Source: an uncultured Elusimicrobia bacterium
GTDB lineage: Bacteria > Elusimicrobiota > Elusimicrobia > Elusimicrobiales > UBA9959
Direction of reading: 5' to 3'
DNA: 64,000 nt
Assembly: GCA_903867985.1 (NCBI GenBank)
Contig: CAIPTO010000082.1
Span: 7,580-71,579 of the forward strand
The position numbers and the translations under genes are program-made. This document shows positions 37,701-48,041 of this stretch, in pieces. Position 1 is the stretch's first letter. The number at the start of each line of letters is the position of its first letter. Below the pieces are notes generated by a model that saw only the letters and a list, made by a program, of their open reading frames with translations, searched no databases and was not told the DNA's origin.

Positions 37701-38675
37701 ATGAAACAAAATATTCGCGGTAAAGCTTTAATTTCAGTTTTATTTTCATCGGTCATGCTTACGGCCTACGGCTTATGGCCCGCGGCCTTGGGCGCTCAAC
37801 CCCTGACTGAGGAGGCAACTTCGTATAACGAAGTTCCCCAGGAAATCGTGATCAAGTCGGAAAGCGAAGACAAGATCCGGACCACCAAGCCGCCGCTGAA
37901 GATCAAGACGGATGACTTGGAGAGCATCAGGGAATCCCTCGAGCCGGACAAAGATCTTTTTCTGTACGGCGAGTTCGCGAGCGTTTCCCAGGATTATCCG
38001 GAAAAGTTGTTTTCGACCAGAGTGATACAGCCCTGGCGGGCCGGGTTCAGCGATAAAACCGTTATAGCTTTTTATCCGCTGCGCAAGTTTTCAGAGGCTT
38101 TTAACAGGAATTCATTTGACGGTAATTCCAAAGAGATCCAATGGACGCTTTCGGTCACCGACGAGGAGGGCAAGATCTTTCACAAATACGCCGGGACAGG
38201 CGTGCCGCCGGAATCTATATTCTGGACCGGCGAGAACGATCAGCGGGAATGGCTTAAAGCCGGGCATAATTACGCTCCGGTTTACGTCTTCGTGGACGAG
38301 ATGGGCGCGCTTAAGACCATTGTCGGAGATATTATAAAGTTTACCGCGATAGTATTCCAGAAAGACAGCAACCTTAACATAAGTCTGGATTCAGTCTCCG
38401 TATTCGGGCCTACCAAATCCATGAAGACAGTGGATAAGGTTCTGGGTGAAGCGCTGCTTACCGCCACATGCGACCTTATTAAGCGGCGCTATTATAATGT
38501 TCCGGTCAAGGTCAACGTTTACGCCCAGACCAAGGACCTGGCCGAACAACAGGCCGACCAAGTAAGCAATTTTCTTAAAAAAGAGCTTATGACCGGAGCA
38601 AATCTCATAACCTATGAAGGTTTTGACGAAAGTTTCGCCCAGCAGCGGATCGACGTGATTTTGATGAATAAGTGA
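37701..38675 (+). CDS. Exported hypothetical protein (FlgD-like segment, degenerate OmpA-like C-terminus)
   Basis: Signal peptide; WTLSVTD..GKI...Y.G.G.PP..I.WTG; ends QQRIDVIL. Confidence 0.6.
   Translation: MKQNIRGKALISVLFSSVMLTAYGLWPAALGAQPLTEEATSYNEVPQEIVIKSESEDKIRTTKPPLKIKTDDLESIRESLEPDKDLFLYGEFASVSQDYPEKLFSTRVIQPWRAGFSDKTVIAFYPLRKFSEAFNRNSFDGNSKEIQWTLSVTDEEGKIFHKYAGTGVPPESIFWTGENDQREWLKAGHNYAPVYVFVDEMGALKTIVGDIIKFTAIVFQKDSNLNISLDSVSVFGPTKSMKTVDKVLGEALLTATCDLIKRRYYNVPVKVNVYAQTKDLAEQQADQVSNFLKKELMTGANLITYEGFDESFAQQRIDVILMNK
37757..37791. repeat. Family A heptamer array inside a signal-peptide coding region
   Basis: GCTTACG GCCTACG GCTTATG GCCCGCG GCCTTGG encoding LTAYGLWPAAL. Confidence 0.7.
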
Positions 38676-38684
38676 TATCAGGGG

Positions 38685-38757
38685 AAGTGATAAGTGGTAA
38701 GTGATAAGTGGTAAGTGATAAGTAATAAGACTTACAACTTAATCCTTACAACTTACT
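38685..38757. repeat. Inverted heptamer arrays (family B)
   Basis: AAGTGAT AAGTGGT AAGTGAT AAGTGGT AAGTGAT AAGTAAT AAG then ACTTACA ACTTAAT CCTTACA ACTTACT. Confidence 0.9.
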
Positions 38758-38782
38758 CCTGAGTCTTAATTTCGGAGACAAT

Positions 38783-39658
38783 ATGAAAGGAATAATATTG
38801 GCCGGCGGCAGCGGCACCCGGCTTTATCCCATTACCAACGCGGTCTGCAAACAGCTGCTGCCGGTATATGACAAGCCCATGATATATTATCCCCTGTCCG
38901 CGCTGATGCTGGCCGGGATACGCGAGATACTTATTATTTCCACGCCTAAGGATCTGCCCAGGTTCAGGGAGATCTTCGGAGACGGCGCTGCCTGGGGGCT
39001 CAGTTTTGAATATAAAGAACAGGCCCGTCCCGCCGGTATAGCCGAGGCTTTTGTGATCGGCAGGGAATTTATAGGCGACGACGATGTCTGTCTGATCCTG
39101 GGCGATAACATCTTCTACGGCCAGGGTCTGACCGAAGCTTTAAGAAAAGCCGCCGCCGAGGTCGCCGCGCGCAAAAGCGCCGTCGTGTTCGGCTATTATG
39201 TTACCGATCCCCAGAGGTACGGCGTGGTTGAATTTGACGCGCGAGGCAACGCCGTCTCGATTGAGGAGAAGCCTAAAACCCCAAAATCCAATTATGCCGT
39301 CACCGGCATATATTTTTATCCGAACGACGTGGTTGAAATCGCCGGCGGAATGAAGCCATCGCCTCGCGGCGAACTGGAAATAACCGATGTTAACAGGGAA
39401 TACCTGAAAAGAGGCGTCCTGAAAGTTGAGCTTCTCGGCCGCGGCTACGCCTGGCTTGATACCGGCACTTTTGAAAGCCTGCTGGAGGCGAGCGGGTTTA
39501 TCGCTACCGTAGAGCGCCGGCAGGGTCTGAAGATCGCCTGCATAGAAGAAATCTCCTATTTGCTGGGCTATATTACTAAGGATGCCGTGCTGCTTCTTGC
39601 CGAGTCCATGAGTAAAAATACTTATGGGGAGTACCTGCGGAAAGTAGTGAACGAATAG
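38783..39658 (+). CDS. rfbA: Glucose-1-phosphate thymidylyltransferase
   Basis: [47 protein letters not shown]. Confidence 0.97.
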   Translation: MKGIILAGGSGTRLYPITNAVCKQLLPVYDKPMIYYPLSALMLAGIREILIISTPKDLPRFREIFGDGAAWGLSFEYKEQARPAGIAEAFVIGREFIGDDDVCLILGDNIFYGQGLTEALRKAAAEVAARKSAVVFGYYVTDPQRYGVVEFDARGNAVSIEEKPKTPKSNYAVTGIYFYPNDVVEIAGGMKPSPRGELEITDVNREYLKRGVLKVELLGRGYAWLDTGTFESLLEASGFIATVERRQGLKIACIEEISYLLGYITKDAVLLLAESMSKNTYGEYLRKVVNE

Positions 39659-39796
39659 ACGCAAAGCAGTCTAGATGCAAAGCGATCTGGAGGCAAAGCG
39701 ATTTAGAGGGAAAGCAGTTTAGCGGTCTTCTTTGAATCTAAATTGCTAAATGGCTTTGCATCCAGATTGCTAAACTGCCAAACGGCCTTGCATCTA
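39656..39796. repeat. Inverted octamer/16-mer arrays (family E)
   Basis: TAGACGCAAAGCAGTC TAGATGCAAAGCGATC TGGAGGCAAAGCGATT TAGAGGGAAAGCAGTT ... TGCATCCA GATTGCTA AACTGCCA AACGGCCT TGCATCTA. Confidence 0.9.
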
Positions 39797-39805
39797 AAGG
39801 AAATT

Positions 39806-40348
39806 ATGCCTTTTGAGTTTGTAAAATTTAAACTTGACGGTCTTGTGCTGATTAAACCCCGCGTTTTCACCGACGAGCGGGGCTTTTTTCTGGAGGCTTA
39901 TAAATTCAGCGATTTTGAGAGGGCCGGGATAAAAGAAAACTTCGTGCAGGATAATCATTCACGATCCGTCAGGGGCGTCCTGCGGGGCCTGCACTATCAA
40001 AAGCCTCCTGCCGCACAGGGCAAACTGATACGCTGCACTCTGGGCCGCATCCTGGATGTAGCCGTAGACATAAGAAAAGATTCCGCTACTTTTTGTGACT
40101 GGGCGTCAGTAGAATTGAGCGCCGATAACGCCCACATGCTCTATATCCCGCCCGGTTTCGCCCACGGCTTTCTGGTTTTAAGCGATATCGCGGAAATAAT
40201 ATACAAATGCACCAGCGAGTTCGCCCCGGAGCTTGAAGTCGGTATACGCTGGAACGATCCGCGGTTCGGCATCAAGTGGGGCGTAACTGACCCGGCTCTG
40301 TCGCCCAAAGACAGCGTTCTACCCTGGTTTAAAGACGCGGATGTTTAA
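39806..40348 (+). CDS. rfbC: dTDP-4-dehydrorhamnose 3,5-epimerase
   Basis: DERGFFLE, VQDNHSRS..GVLRGLHYQ, GFAHGF; start at ATG 39806. Confidence 0.96.
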   Translation: MPFEFVKFKLDGLVLIKPRVFTDERGFFLEAYKFSDFERAGIKENFVQDNHSRSVRGVLRGLHYQKPPAAQGKLIRCTLGRILDVAVDIRKDSATFCDWASVELSADNAHMLYIPPGFAHGFLVLSDIAEIIYKCTSEFAPELEVGIRWNDPRFGIKWGVTDPALSPKDSVLPWFKDADV

Positions 40349-40362
40349 ACACTCTTCGGTTT

Positions 40363-41211
40363 ATGAAAATTTTAATAACCGGATCAAATGGCCAGCTGGC
40401 GGAAGCGTTCATCCGCCGCTTTGAGGAACAAGGGCACGAGTACCTGGGCCATGACCTCGACACGCTGGATATAGGCGGGCGCGACGCGGTTATTCGGGAG
40501 GTCCGCGCTTTTAAGCCGGGCCTGATAGTCAATTGCGCGGCCTACAATCTGGTGGACAAAGCCGAACAGGACTCTAAGACGGCGTTCAGGGCGAACGCCT
40601 GCGGTCCGGAAAATCTGGCGCTTGCCGCCCTGGAGACCGGCGCTTTTCTTATTCATTTCGGTTCCGATTATATCTTCGACGGCGCCAAGGCTCCAGTCCC
40701 TTACGCTGAAAATGACAAACCGGATCCCCTGAACAAATACGGCGCTTCAAAGCTTGAAGGGGAAAAATTGATAAGGGCGTCCGGCGTCAGGCATCTCATC
40801 CTGCGCGTGAGCTGGGTGTTTGGGAAAGGGAATCAGAATTTTACTGCAAAACTGCTGGAATGGGCCAAAAATCCCGGCGCGGTTACCGTGGCGGCGGATG
40901 AAGTTTCCGTGCCGACCTTCGCGGACGATATTGTTTACGGCTCTATGGCCGCGTTTAAGGCCGGTCTTGAAGGGACATGGCATTTACCCAATACCGGTTC
41001 CTGTTCAAGATATGAGTGGGCGGGTTTGATATTAAAAACTTTGAATATAAATAAAGAGCTGATCCCCGGCCGCATGGCCGATTTTAATCTTCCGGCCCGG
41101 CGCCCCGGTTTTTCCGCCATGTCTAACTCCGCTATTTCCAAAGAGCTGGGCATCACCATACCCGCCTGGCAAGATTCCGCGCGTGCTTTTATAAGGAGAC
41201 AGAATGCCTAA
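40363..41211 (+). CDS. rfbD: dTDP-4-dehydrorhamnose reductase
   Basis: [40 protein letters not shown]. Confidence 0.95.
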   Translation: MKILITGSNGQLAEAFIRRFEEQGHEYLGHDLDTLDIGGRDAVIREVRAFKPGLIVNCAAYNLVDKAEQDSKTAFRANACGPENLALAALETGAFLIHFGSDYIFDGAKAPVPYAENDKPDPLNKYGASKLEGEKLIRASGVRHLILRVSWVFGKGNQNFTAKLLEWAKNPGAVTVAADEVSVPTFADDIVYGSMAAFKAGLEGTWHLPNTGSCSRYEWAGLILKTLNINKELIPGRMADFNLPARRPGFSAMSNSAISKELGITIPAWQDSARAFIRRQNA

Positions 41212-41944
41212 AGTTATGATAGTCCTTCCGGCGTACAACGCCGAAAAAACCCTCCCGGCCACCCTTGCGGACATACCGGCCGAATATCGCTCCAATGTTA
41301 TACTTGTGGACGACTGTTCTAAAGACAAAACAGCAGAGGCGGCCGCTGGCTTCGGCATTACCGTAGTCCGGCATGAGTCCAATAAAGGCTACGGCGGCAA
41401 TCAAAAAACCTGCTACCGCGAAGCGCTTAAGGCCGGGGCCGATATCGTTGTGATGCTGCACCCGGACTATCAATATAACCCAAAGGTTATCCCGCACCTG
41501 GTCGGCGTGATAGACGCCGGCATTTGCGACATGATGCTGGGGAACCGTATCCGCACCCGCCGCGAAACTCTGGCCGGAGGCATGCCCTTTTACAAATATC
41601 TCTCCAACCGCTTCCTCTCCCTGCTCTGCAATGTGGTGGCCGGGGAAAATCTGGGCGAATGGCACAGTGGCATGCGCGCTTATTCCCGCAAGGTGCTTTT
41701 AACCATTCCCTGGGAGAATAACACCGACGACTTCGCTTTTGACATGCAGTTTCTGGCGCAGGCTTCTTATTTCGGTTTCAGAATGGGCGATATCCCGGTT
41801 GAAACCAAATATTTTAAGGACGCTTCCTCTATAAATTTTATCCGCAGCCTCAAATACGGGCTGCATACGCTGGTGATACTCGCTCAATTCCTGCTGCAGA
41901 AGAGCGGTTTGTTTAAGCCGGGGCTTTTCCGGAAGATAAAATGA
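41204..41944 (+). CDS. GT2 glycosyltransferase (DPM1-like, polyprenol-P glycosylation)
   Basis: [30 protein letters not shown]. Confidence 0.9.
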   Translation: MPKVMIVLPAYNAEKTLPATLADIPAEYRSNVILVDDCSKDKTAEAAAGFGITVVRHESNKGYGGNQKTCYREALKAGADIVVMLHPDYQYNPKVIPHLVGVIDAGICDMMLGNRIRTRRETLAGGMPFYKYLSNRFLSLLCNVVAGENLGEWHSGMRAYSRKVLLTIPWENNTDDFAFDMQFLAQASYFGFRMGDIPVETKYFKDASSINFIRSLKYGLHTLVILAQFLLQKSGLFKPGLFRKIK

Positions 41945-43401
41945 CGGATAAATCTTTACGCGCGCCTGGGATGGTCGCTGAAGCGGGCTGGCGTTCCTTT
42001 TTCTCCGGCGAGGTTGTTTTTTACGCGGCTCTCCTGCTGCTCTGCTTTTTCAGGCTTGGCGAACTGCCCCTGGCCGAGATGGACGACATTACCCACGCGG
42101 CAATAGGCAAGTCCATATTGCTCAGCGGCGACTGGTTCACCATGCATGAAGGAGCGCAGCTCAGTTTCTTAAAGCCGCCGCTTTACTTCTGGCTGGAGGC
42201 TTTTTCGTTCAAGATCTTTTCCGTTTCGGATTATTGGGCCCGCTTTCCGGCGGCTTTAACCGGTTTTCTTACACTGACGCTGGCGTACACAACTATCCGT
42301 TCCGCCTGGGACAGGCAGACCGCTTTCCTTACGGTGCTGATACTCTGCTCAAGCACCTTCTTTGTGAAGTATTCACGCCGCGCTATGCTGGATATGCCGG
42401 TGGCTTTCGCGCTGTGCCTGGGCATATGGGCCGCCGTAAAAGCCGATTACGAGGATAAGCCCCGCTGCCTCCTGCTCTGCGGTATAAGCGCGGCCATAGG
42501 CTATTATTTCAAAGGCGTTCAGGGGTTTTACATACTGGCCGTGCTGCCGGCGTATTACGCGGTCACGCGCAGGCCGCTCCGCCTGTTCAATAAGTGGATG
42601 ATTTTAGGGGGGCTCGCCGGTCTGGGACTTATCGCCGCCTGGGCGCTGCCGCAATATCACTTTAACGGCGCTGATTTCCTTTATTCACAGTCAGGCATCG
42701 GCCCGCTGGTCGACCGCGGCATACCCGGGAAACATAACGCTTTTTATACCCCGTTCATAAAGGCCTTCAGCGTTTTTTATCTGCTGCCGCTTACGCTGTT
42801 CGGCGTGGCCATGATCAGAAAATGGACGCCGGCTGAAAGTAAGTCCGCCGCGCTCAAATACCTGATGCTGACCTGGCTGCTCGTATTGCTGGCCGTGCTG
42901 GGCGCGAGCAACGCTTTTTACATACGCTACCTGATACCGGCTTTCGTGCCAATGGCTTTTTTTGCCGCGCTGGCGGCGCAGAAACTATCCTCTTTCCTGC
43001 GCGAAGAAAAGTCCCGCCCGCAGTTAATGGCTGTTTTCTCTCTGGCACTGCTGGTGTTCTGCGTGTTACCGCTCCCCACGGATTCCGGGGGCACGGGGTA
43101 CAAGGGGCTGTATGAATGTCTCAAAAAAGTAGCTCCCGGGGATGCCAGGATAGTGCTTTATAAGGACAAGGCTTACAGATTCAATCAGGGGCTGGTGTTT
43201 TACGGCGACAGGGTTTTGTGGAAACAGGTCAATTCTCCCGAGGAGCTCCGCTCCGTGGCGGCCGCGAACCCGTCCTGCGCGATAATAGTGACGGCCGCCT
43301 ACTTCCCTGAAATAGCCGGCGCCGGAGTAAAAATACAAAAGATAGCTGAAGAGCCCGGATGGCGGCTGTACTCGGTTAAACCCAATCTTTTGGAGGAGTA
43401 A
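41941..43401 (+). CDS. GT39/ArnT-family (GT-C) glycosyltransferase
   Basis: [25 protein letters not shown]; polytopic. Confidence 0.85.
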   Translation: MTDKSLRAPGMVAEAGWRSFFSGEVVFYAALLLLCFFRLGELPLAEMDDITHAAIGKSILLSGDWFTMHEGAQLSFLKPPLYFWLEAFSFKIFSVSDYWARFPAALTGFLTLTLAYTTIRSAWDRQTAFLTVLILCSSTFFVKYSRRAMLDMPVAFALCLGIWAAVKADYEDKPRCLLLCGISAAIGYYFKGVQGFYILAVLPAYYAVTRRPLRLFNKWMILGGLAGLGLIAAWALPQYHFNGADFLYSQSGIGPLVDRGIPGKHNAFYTPFIKAFSVFYLLPLTLFGVAMIRKWTPAESKSAALKYLMLTWLLVLLAVLGASNAFYIRYLIPAFVPMAFFAALAAQKLSSFLREEKSRPQLMAVFSLALLVFCVLPLPTDSGGTGYKGLYECLKKVAPGDARIVLYKDKAYRFNQGLVFYGDRVLWKQVNSPEELRSVAAANPSCAIIVTAAYFPEIAGAGVKIQKIAEEPGWRLYSVKPNLLEE

Positions 43402-43404
43402 GAT

Positions 43405-44508
43405 ATGCACACAATACTTGTCACCGGCGGCGCCGGGTTTATAGGCTCAAATTTTATACGCTTTGTTTTTGAGAAAACCGGTTTTTCCGGCAGGATAGTG
43501 AACCTGGATAAGCTGACCTACGCCGGCAATCTGGAAAGCCTGGAAGATATCCGCCGCAAATATAAAGGCCGCTATACTTTTGTTAAAGGCGACATCTGCG
43601 ATTATAAAACCGTTCTGGGGCTGATGAAAAAGCACGGCGTGGATACAGTGGCGCATTTCGCGGCCGAATCCCACGTCGACCGCTCTATCTACGGACCGAA
43701 GGATTTTATAGAGACGAACATTCACGGCACGTTCAGCCTGCTTGAAGCCGCCCGCCAGTTCTGGCAGCCGGCGCCGGAAAAAAAGGCGTCTTCGGGGCTT
43801 CGCTTCCGTTTCCACCATGTCAGCACGGACGAGGTCTACGGTTCCCTGGGGAAAACCGGGAAGTTCAGGGAAACTACCCCTTACGATCCCCGCAGCCCCT
43901 ATTCCGCTTCGAAAGCTTCTTCTGACCATATCGTACGGGCTTACCACCATACCTACGGTCTGCCGGTCACTATTTCAAACTGCTCTAATAATTACGGCCC
44001 CTATCATTTTCCGGAAAAACTTATTCCTCTGGCTATTTTAAACGCGCTGGAGGGCAAACCGCTCCCGGTTTACGGCGACGGCCTGCAGGTGCGCGACTGG
44101 CTGTATGTCACGGACCATTGTGCTGCCATCTGGCGTATCCTTCAGAAAGGCCGGGCGGGGGAAACCTATAACATAGGAGGCAACTGCGAGAAGGCCAATA
44201 TAGATGTCGTTAAAGAGATCTGCCGCGGACTTGAGCGCGCGCGCCCGTCACGCGGCAATCCGGCTTTAAAAGGGCGGAAATATTCCGACCTTATAACTTT
44301 TGTCAAAGACCGGCCCGGCCATGACCGCCGTTACGCCATAGACGCCTCCAGGATCAAGGGGGAACTAGGTTGGAGGCCGGCCCACGATTTTAAAACCGGC
44401 CTCGCGTCCACCATAAACTGGTATCTGCAAAATGCCGCCTGGCTGGCCTCCGTTAAAAAAGCTTCCTATTCCGGCTGGCTGGATAAGAACTATAGCTGCC
44501 GTAAGTAG
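43405..44508 (+). CDS. rfbB: dTDP-glucose 4,6-dehydratase
   Basis: [50 protein letters not shown]. Confidence 0.97.
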   Translation: MHTILVTGGAGFIGSNFIRFVFEKTGFSGRIVNLDKLTYAGNLESLEDIRRKYKGRYTFVKGDICDYKTVLGLMKKHGVDTVAHFAAESHVDRSIYGPKDFIETNIHGTFSLLEAARQFWQPAPEKKASSGLRFRFHHVSTDEVYGSLGKTGKFRETTPYDPRSPYSASKASSDHIVRAYHHTYGLPVTISNCSNNYGPYHFPEKLIPLAILNALEGKPLPVYGDGLQVRDWLYVTDHCAAIWRILQKGRAGETYNIGGNCEKANIDVVKEICRGLERARPSRGNPALKGRKYSDLITFVKDRPGHDRRYAIDASRIKGELGWRPAHDFKTGLASTINWYLQNAAWLASVKKASYSGWLDKNYSCRK

Positions 44509-44555
44509 AGGATTGGAGGATTAGAGGACTAGAGGACTAGAGGACTAGAGGATTG
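44508..44555. repeat. Octamer array GAGGAYTR x6 (family D, left arm)
   Basis: GAGGATTG GAGGATTA GAGGACTA GAGGACTA GAGGACTA GAGGATTG, beginning at the rfbB stop. Confidence 0.95.
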
Positions 44556-44627
44556 GCTGTGGTGATTTTCATTATTTGATAGAATGTCTTTAACCTGATA
44601 AGTCAATAACTGAAAAGGGGATTTTTT

Positions 44628-45395
44628 ATGAAAGTAGTCATTTTGGCTGGCGGGATGGGCACCCGTTTAAGCGAAGAGACCGACCTGAAACCCAAGCCCA
44701 TGGTTGAGATAGGCGAAAGGCCCATGCTCTGGCATATTATGAAACTTTACTCCCATTACGGGTTTAACGATTTCATCATCTGCCTGGGCTACAAGGGCTA
44801 TATGATAAAAGAATACTTCGCCAATTATTTTATGCATCAGGCGGATGTTACCATAGACATGAAAACCAATAAGGTAGAGATCCATCACCAGAAGGCCGAA
44901 CCCTGGAAGGTAACGCTGGTGGACACCGGCCTTAATACCATGACCGGCGGCCGGATAAAAAAAATTGAGAAATACATAGACAATAAACCGTTTCTTCTTA
45001 CCTACGGCGACGGCCTTTCCGACGTGAACATCAAAGACCTGGTTGATTTTCATAAAAAGAGCGGCAATCTCGCTACGCTTACTGCCGTGCAGACCCTGGG
45101 GCGTTTCGGCGCGCTGGAAATTGCCCCAAAGGGCGGCGTTAAAGCCTTCAGGGAAAAGCCGGTGGGCGACGGAGCCTGGATAAACGGCGGATTTTTTGTC
45201 GTTGAGCCTGCCGCGCTTAAATTGCTTAAAGACGACTCCACAGTCTGGGAGCGCGAACCCCTCGAGCGTCTGGCGCGGGATAACAAACTGGGCGCTTATA
45301 AACATGCCGGGTTCTGGAAATGCATGGATACTTTAAGGGATAAAGTGGAGTTCGAAAAACTCTGGCGGGATAACGCGGCACCGTGGAAAAGATGA
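44628..45395 (+). CDS. rfbF: Glucose-1-phosphate cytidylyltransferase
   Basis: [46 protein letters not shown]. Confidence 0.96.
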   Translation: MKVVILAGGMGTRLSEETDLKPKPMVEIGERPMLWHIMKLYSHYGFNDFIICLGYKGYMIKEYFANYFMHQADVTIDMKTNKVEIHHQKAEPWKVTLVDTGLNTMTGGRIKKIEKYIDNKPFLLTYGDGLSDVNIKDLVDFHKKSGNLATLTAVQTLGRFGALEIAPKGGVKAFREKPVGDGAWINGGFFVVEPAALKLLKDDSTVWEREPLERLARDNKLGAYKHAGFWKCMDTLRDKVEFEKLWRDNAAPWKR

Positions 45396-45429
45396 GCATC
45401 GTCGGCTCTATTTGAAAGAGGGAATGAAT

Positions 45430-46545
45430 ATGAAAAAAGCTTTAATCGCCGGTATCACAGGACAGGACGGAGCGTATCTCACTGAATTGCTGCTTAAGAA
45501 AGGCTATGAAGTATACGGCGTACGCAGAAGGGTTTCAGTTGACAACACCTCCCGCCTCAGAGAATATCTGGGCGAAGGTTTTAAAAATCCAAGGCTTAAA
45601 CTGGTGTACGGCGATATGACGGATTCGGCCAGCGTTACCCGCCTGATAGAAAGAATACGGCCCGACGAAATATACAACCTGGCCGCCCAGAGCCATGTGG
45701 CGGTGAGCTTTGAGCAGCCGGAATACACAGCCAATTGCGATGCCATCGGCACCCTGCGCCTCCTTGAAGCCGTCAAGACGCTGGGGCTCCTCAAAAAAAC
45801 AAAGATATACCAGGCCTCCACTTCCGAACTTTTCGGCAGGGTACGCGCCATCCCGCAGAACGAGAATACCCCCTTTTATCCCCGCTCGCCGTACGGTGTC
45901 GCTAAACTTTACGGTTATTGGATAATCGTCAATTACCGCGAATCCTACGGCCTCTTCGCTTCAAACGGCATTCTCTTTAACCACGAGTCCGCGCTGCGCG
46001 GCGAAACTTTCGTCACCCGCAAGGTGACTATCGCTCTTTCGCGGATACTGATGGGGCTTGAGGATTGCCTTCACCTCGGTAATCTGAACTCCAAACGGGA
46101 CTGGGGCCACGCCAAGGATTATGTGGAAGCCATGTGGCTGATACTCCAGCAGAAAACCGCCGAGGATTTTGTCATAGCCACCGGCAAACAATATTCCGTG
46201 CGCCAATTTATAGAGGAAGCGGCAAAATTCATGGGCGTTGCCATAAAATGGCAGGGCAAAGGCCTGAATGAGCGCGGCGTAGTGGCCGGGATCTTTAAGC
46301 CGCATGACGGCTCCGGTATAACCCCTGAAATGGTAAAGCTGAAAAAAGGCGACGTGATAGTCCGCGTAGATCCGGCTTATTTCAGGCCGGCGGAGGTCGA
46401 CACGCTGCTGGGCGATTCCTCCAAGGCCAGAAAGAAGCTGGGCTGGAAGCCTAAAGTCGATTTCAACGGACTTGTCAAAGAGATGATGTTCGCCGACCTG
46501 AAGGCGGCGCGCAAGGAAATACATCTTAAGAAAGGCGGATTTTAA
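45430..46545 (+). CDS. gmd: GDP-mannose 4,6-dehydratase
   Basis: [44 protein letters not shown]. Confidence 0.96.
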   Translation: MKKALIAGITGQDGAYLTELLLKKGYEVYGVRRRVSVDNTSRLREYLGEGFKNPRLKLVYGDMTDSASVTRLIERIRPDEIYNLAAQSHVAVSFEQPEYTANCDAIGTLRLLEAVKTLGLLKKTKIYQASTSELFGRVRAIPQNENTPFYPRSPYGVAKLYGYWIIVNYRESYGLFASNGILFNHESALRGETFVTRKVTIALSRILMGLEDCLHLGNLNSKRDWGHAKDYVEAMWLILQQKTAEDFVIATGKQYSVRQFIEEAAKFMGVAIKWQGKGLNERGVVAGIFKPHDGSGITPEMVKLKKGDVIVRVDPAYFRPAEVDTLLGDSSKARKKLGWKPKVDFNGLVKEMMFADLKAARKEIHLKKGGF

Positions 46546-46554
46546 GGAGCGTCA

Positions 46555-48024
46555 ATGAAGGCGATCATACTTGCCGGCGGCTCGGGTACGCGGCTTTGGC
46601 CTGTTTCGCGGTACGGCCTGCCCAAGCAGTTTATAAAACTGAACGGCGGTAAATCCCTGCTTTGCCAGACCGTGGAACGCCTGGCGGCCGTAGTGCCGCT
46701 GAAAGATATTTTTGTTATCACCAACGAGGATTATCACTTTCACGTGCAGGAAGACCTTAAATCAGTGTCGCCGGATATACAGGATAATATCATTCTTGAA
46801 CCGGTGGGGCGCAACACGGCCCCGGCTATAGCGCTGGTGATGAAGTACTGCCTGGAGAAGCTTAAATGCGCTAAGAGCGAGGTTGTTTTTATCTGCCCTT
46901 CCGATCATATCCTGGAGCCGGTGGAAAAGTTCGCCCGCTACGCCAAACAGGCCGAAGTCGCCGCCAAGGCCGGCAGCATTGTTACCTTCGGCATAAAGCC
47001 CAGCCGCCCTGAAACAGGCTACGGCTATATTAAAGCGGGGACCAGAATAGTCACATGTCAAAAGTCGCAGGTTAAAAATAAAAAATCCGCCGATTCCGTA
47101 AAGCCTGCAGCCTGTGAAAGTCTTTTCGCTAACGTTTATAAGGTCGCGCACTTTACCGAAAAGCCTGATCGTGCAATAGCCGAGAAATATCTTAAAGACG
47201 GTAATTATTATTGGAATCTGGGCATCTTCGCGTTTACGATCGGCGCCATGCTGGCGGAATTTAAAGCTTACGCTCCGGAAATAAGCCGCAAAATGGGGCA
47301 GACTTTCGCAAAAATGACGGCGGATTTTAAGGATATCCCGCCCATTTCCATAGATTACGCCGTGATGGAGAAGTCTAAAAATACCGCGGTCCTGCCGATA
47401 GACATTCTCTGGTCAGACGTCGGCTCATGGGATTCTTTACCCGAAGTTATCAAGCCGGATTTCCAGGGTAATGTGAAAATCGGCGACGTGATAGCCGTCG
47501 ATACGGTAAAAACCATAGTGATGGGGGAAAACCGGCTTATTTCAACGATAGGGCTTAAAGACCTGATAATTGTGGACACCCCCGACGCTCTGCTTATAGC
47601 CCGCCGCGGCCAGGCCCAGCGCGTTAAAGAAATAGTGGACATGCTTAAAGAGCGCAAGCGTAAAGAAGTTGAGGAGCATACCACCACTTACCGGCATTGG
47701 GGTTCTTATACCGTTCTGGAAGAAGGCCCCCGCTACAAGATAAAACGCATAGTGGTTAAACCAGGCCAGAAGCTCAGCCACCAGGTGCACTACCACCGCA
47801 GCGAGCACTGGGTTATAGTTAAGGGCACGGCAAAAGCCACTATAGGCAAAAAGTCATTTATAGTGCATGAGAACGAAAGCACCTATGTGCCAAAATCCAC
47901 CGGGCACCGCGTGGGGAACCCCGGCAAAGTTCCGCTTGAAATAATAGAGGTTCAGAACGGCGAATATGTCGGCGAAGACGATATCGTGCGGCTGGATGAC
48001 GCTTACGAGCGGCGGCGACATTAG
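46555..48024 (+). CDS. manC: Mannose-1-phosphate guanylyltransferase/mannose-6-phosphate isomerase
   Basis: [13 protein letters not shown]...PKQF, EPVGRNTAPA, ETGYGYI, SIDYAVME, WSDVGSW, cupin H.HRSEHW. Confidence 0.95.
   Translation: MKAIILAGGSGTRLWPVSRYGLPKQFIKLNGGKSLLCQTVERLAAVVPLKDIFVITNEDYHFHVQEDLKSVSPDIQDNIILEPVGRNTAPAIALVMKYCLEKLKCAKSEVVFICPSDHILEPVEKFARYAKQAEVAAKAGSIVTFGIKPSRPETGYGYIKAGTRIVTCQKSQVKNKKSADSVKPAACESLFANVYKVAHFTEKPDRAIAEKYLKDGNYYWNLGIFAFTIGAMLAEFKAYAPEISRKMGQTFAKMTADFKDIPPISIDYAVMEKSKNTAVLPIDILWSDVGSWDSLPEVIKPDFQGNVKIGDVIAVDTVKTIVMGENRLISTIGLKDLIIVDTPDALLIARRGQAQRVKEIVDMLKERKRKEVEEHTTTYRHWGSYTVLEEGPRYKIKRIVVKPGQKLSHQVHYHRSEHWVIVKGTAKATIGKKSFIVHENESTYVPKSTGHRVGNPGKVPLEIIEVQNGEYVGEDDIVRLDDAYERRRH
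47050..47117. repeat. Degenerate heptamer inverted array inside manC
   Basis: GTCACAT GTCAAAA GTCGCAG GTTAAAA ... GCCTGCA GCCTGTG, within an unusually long loop between GYGYIK and F.EKP. Confidence 0.55.
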
Positions 48025-48041
48025 AGGCCGCCTGAACATGT

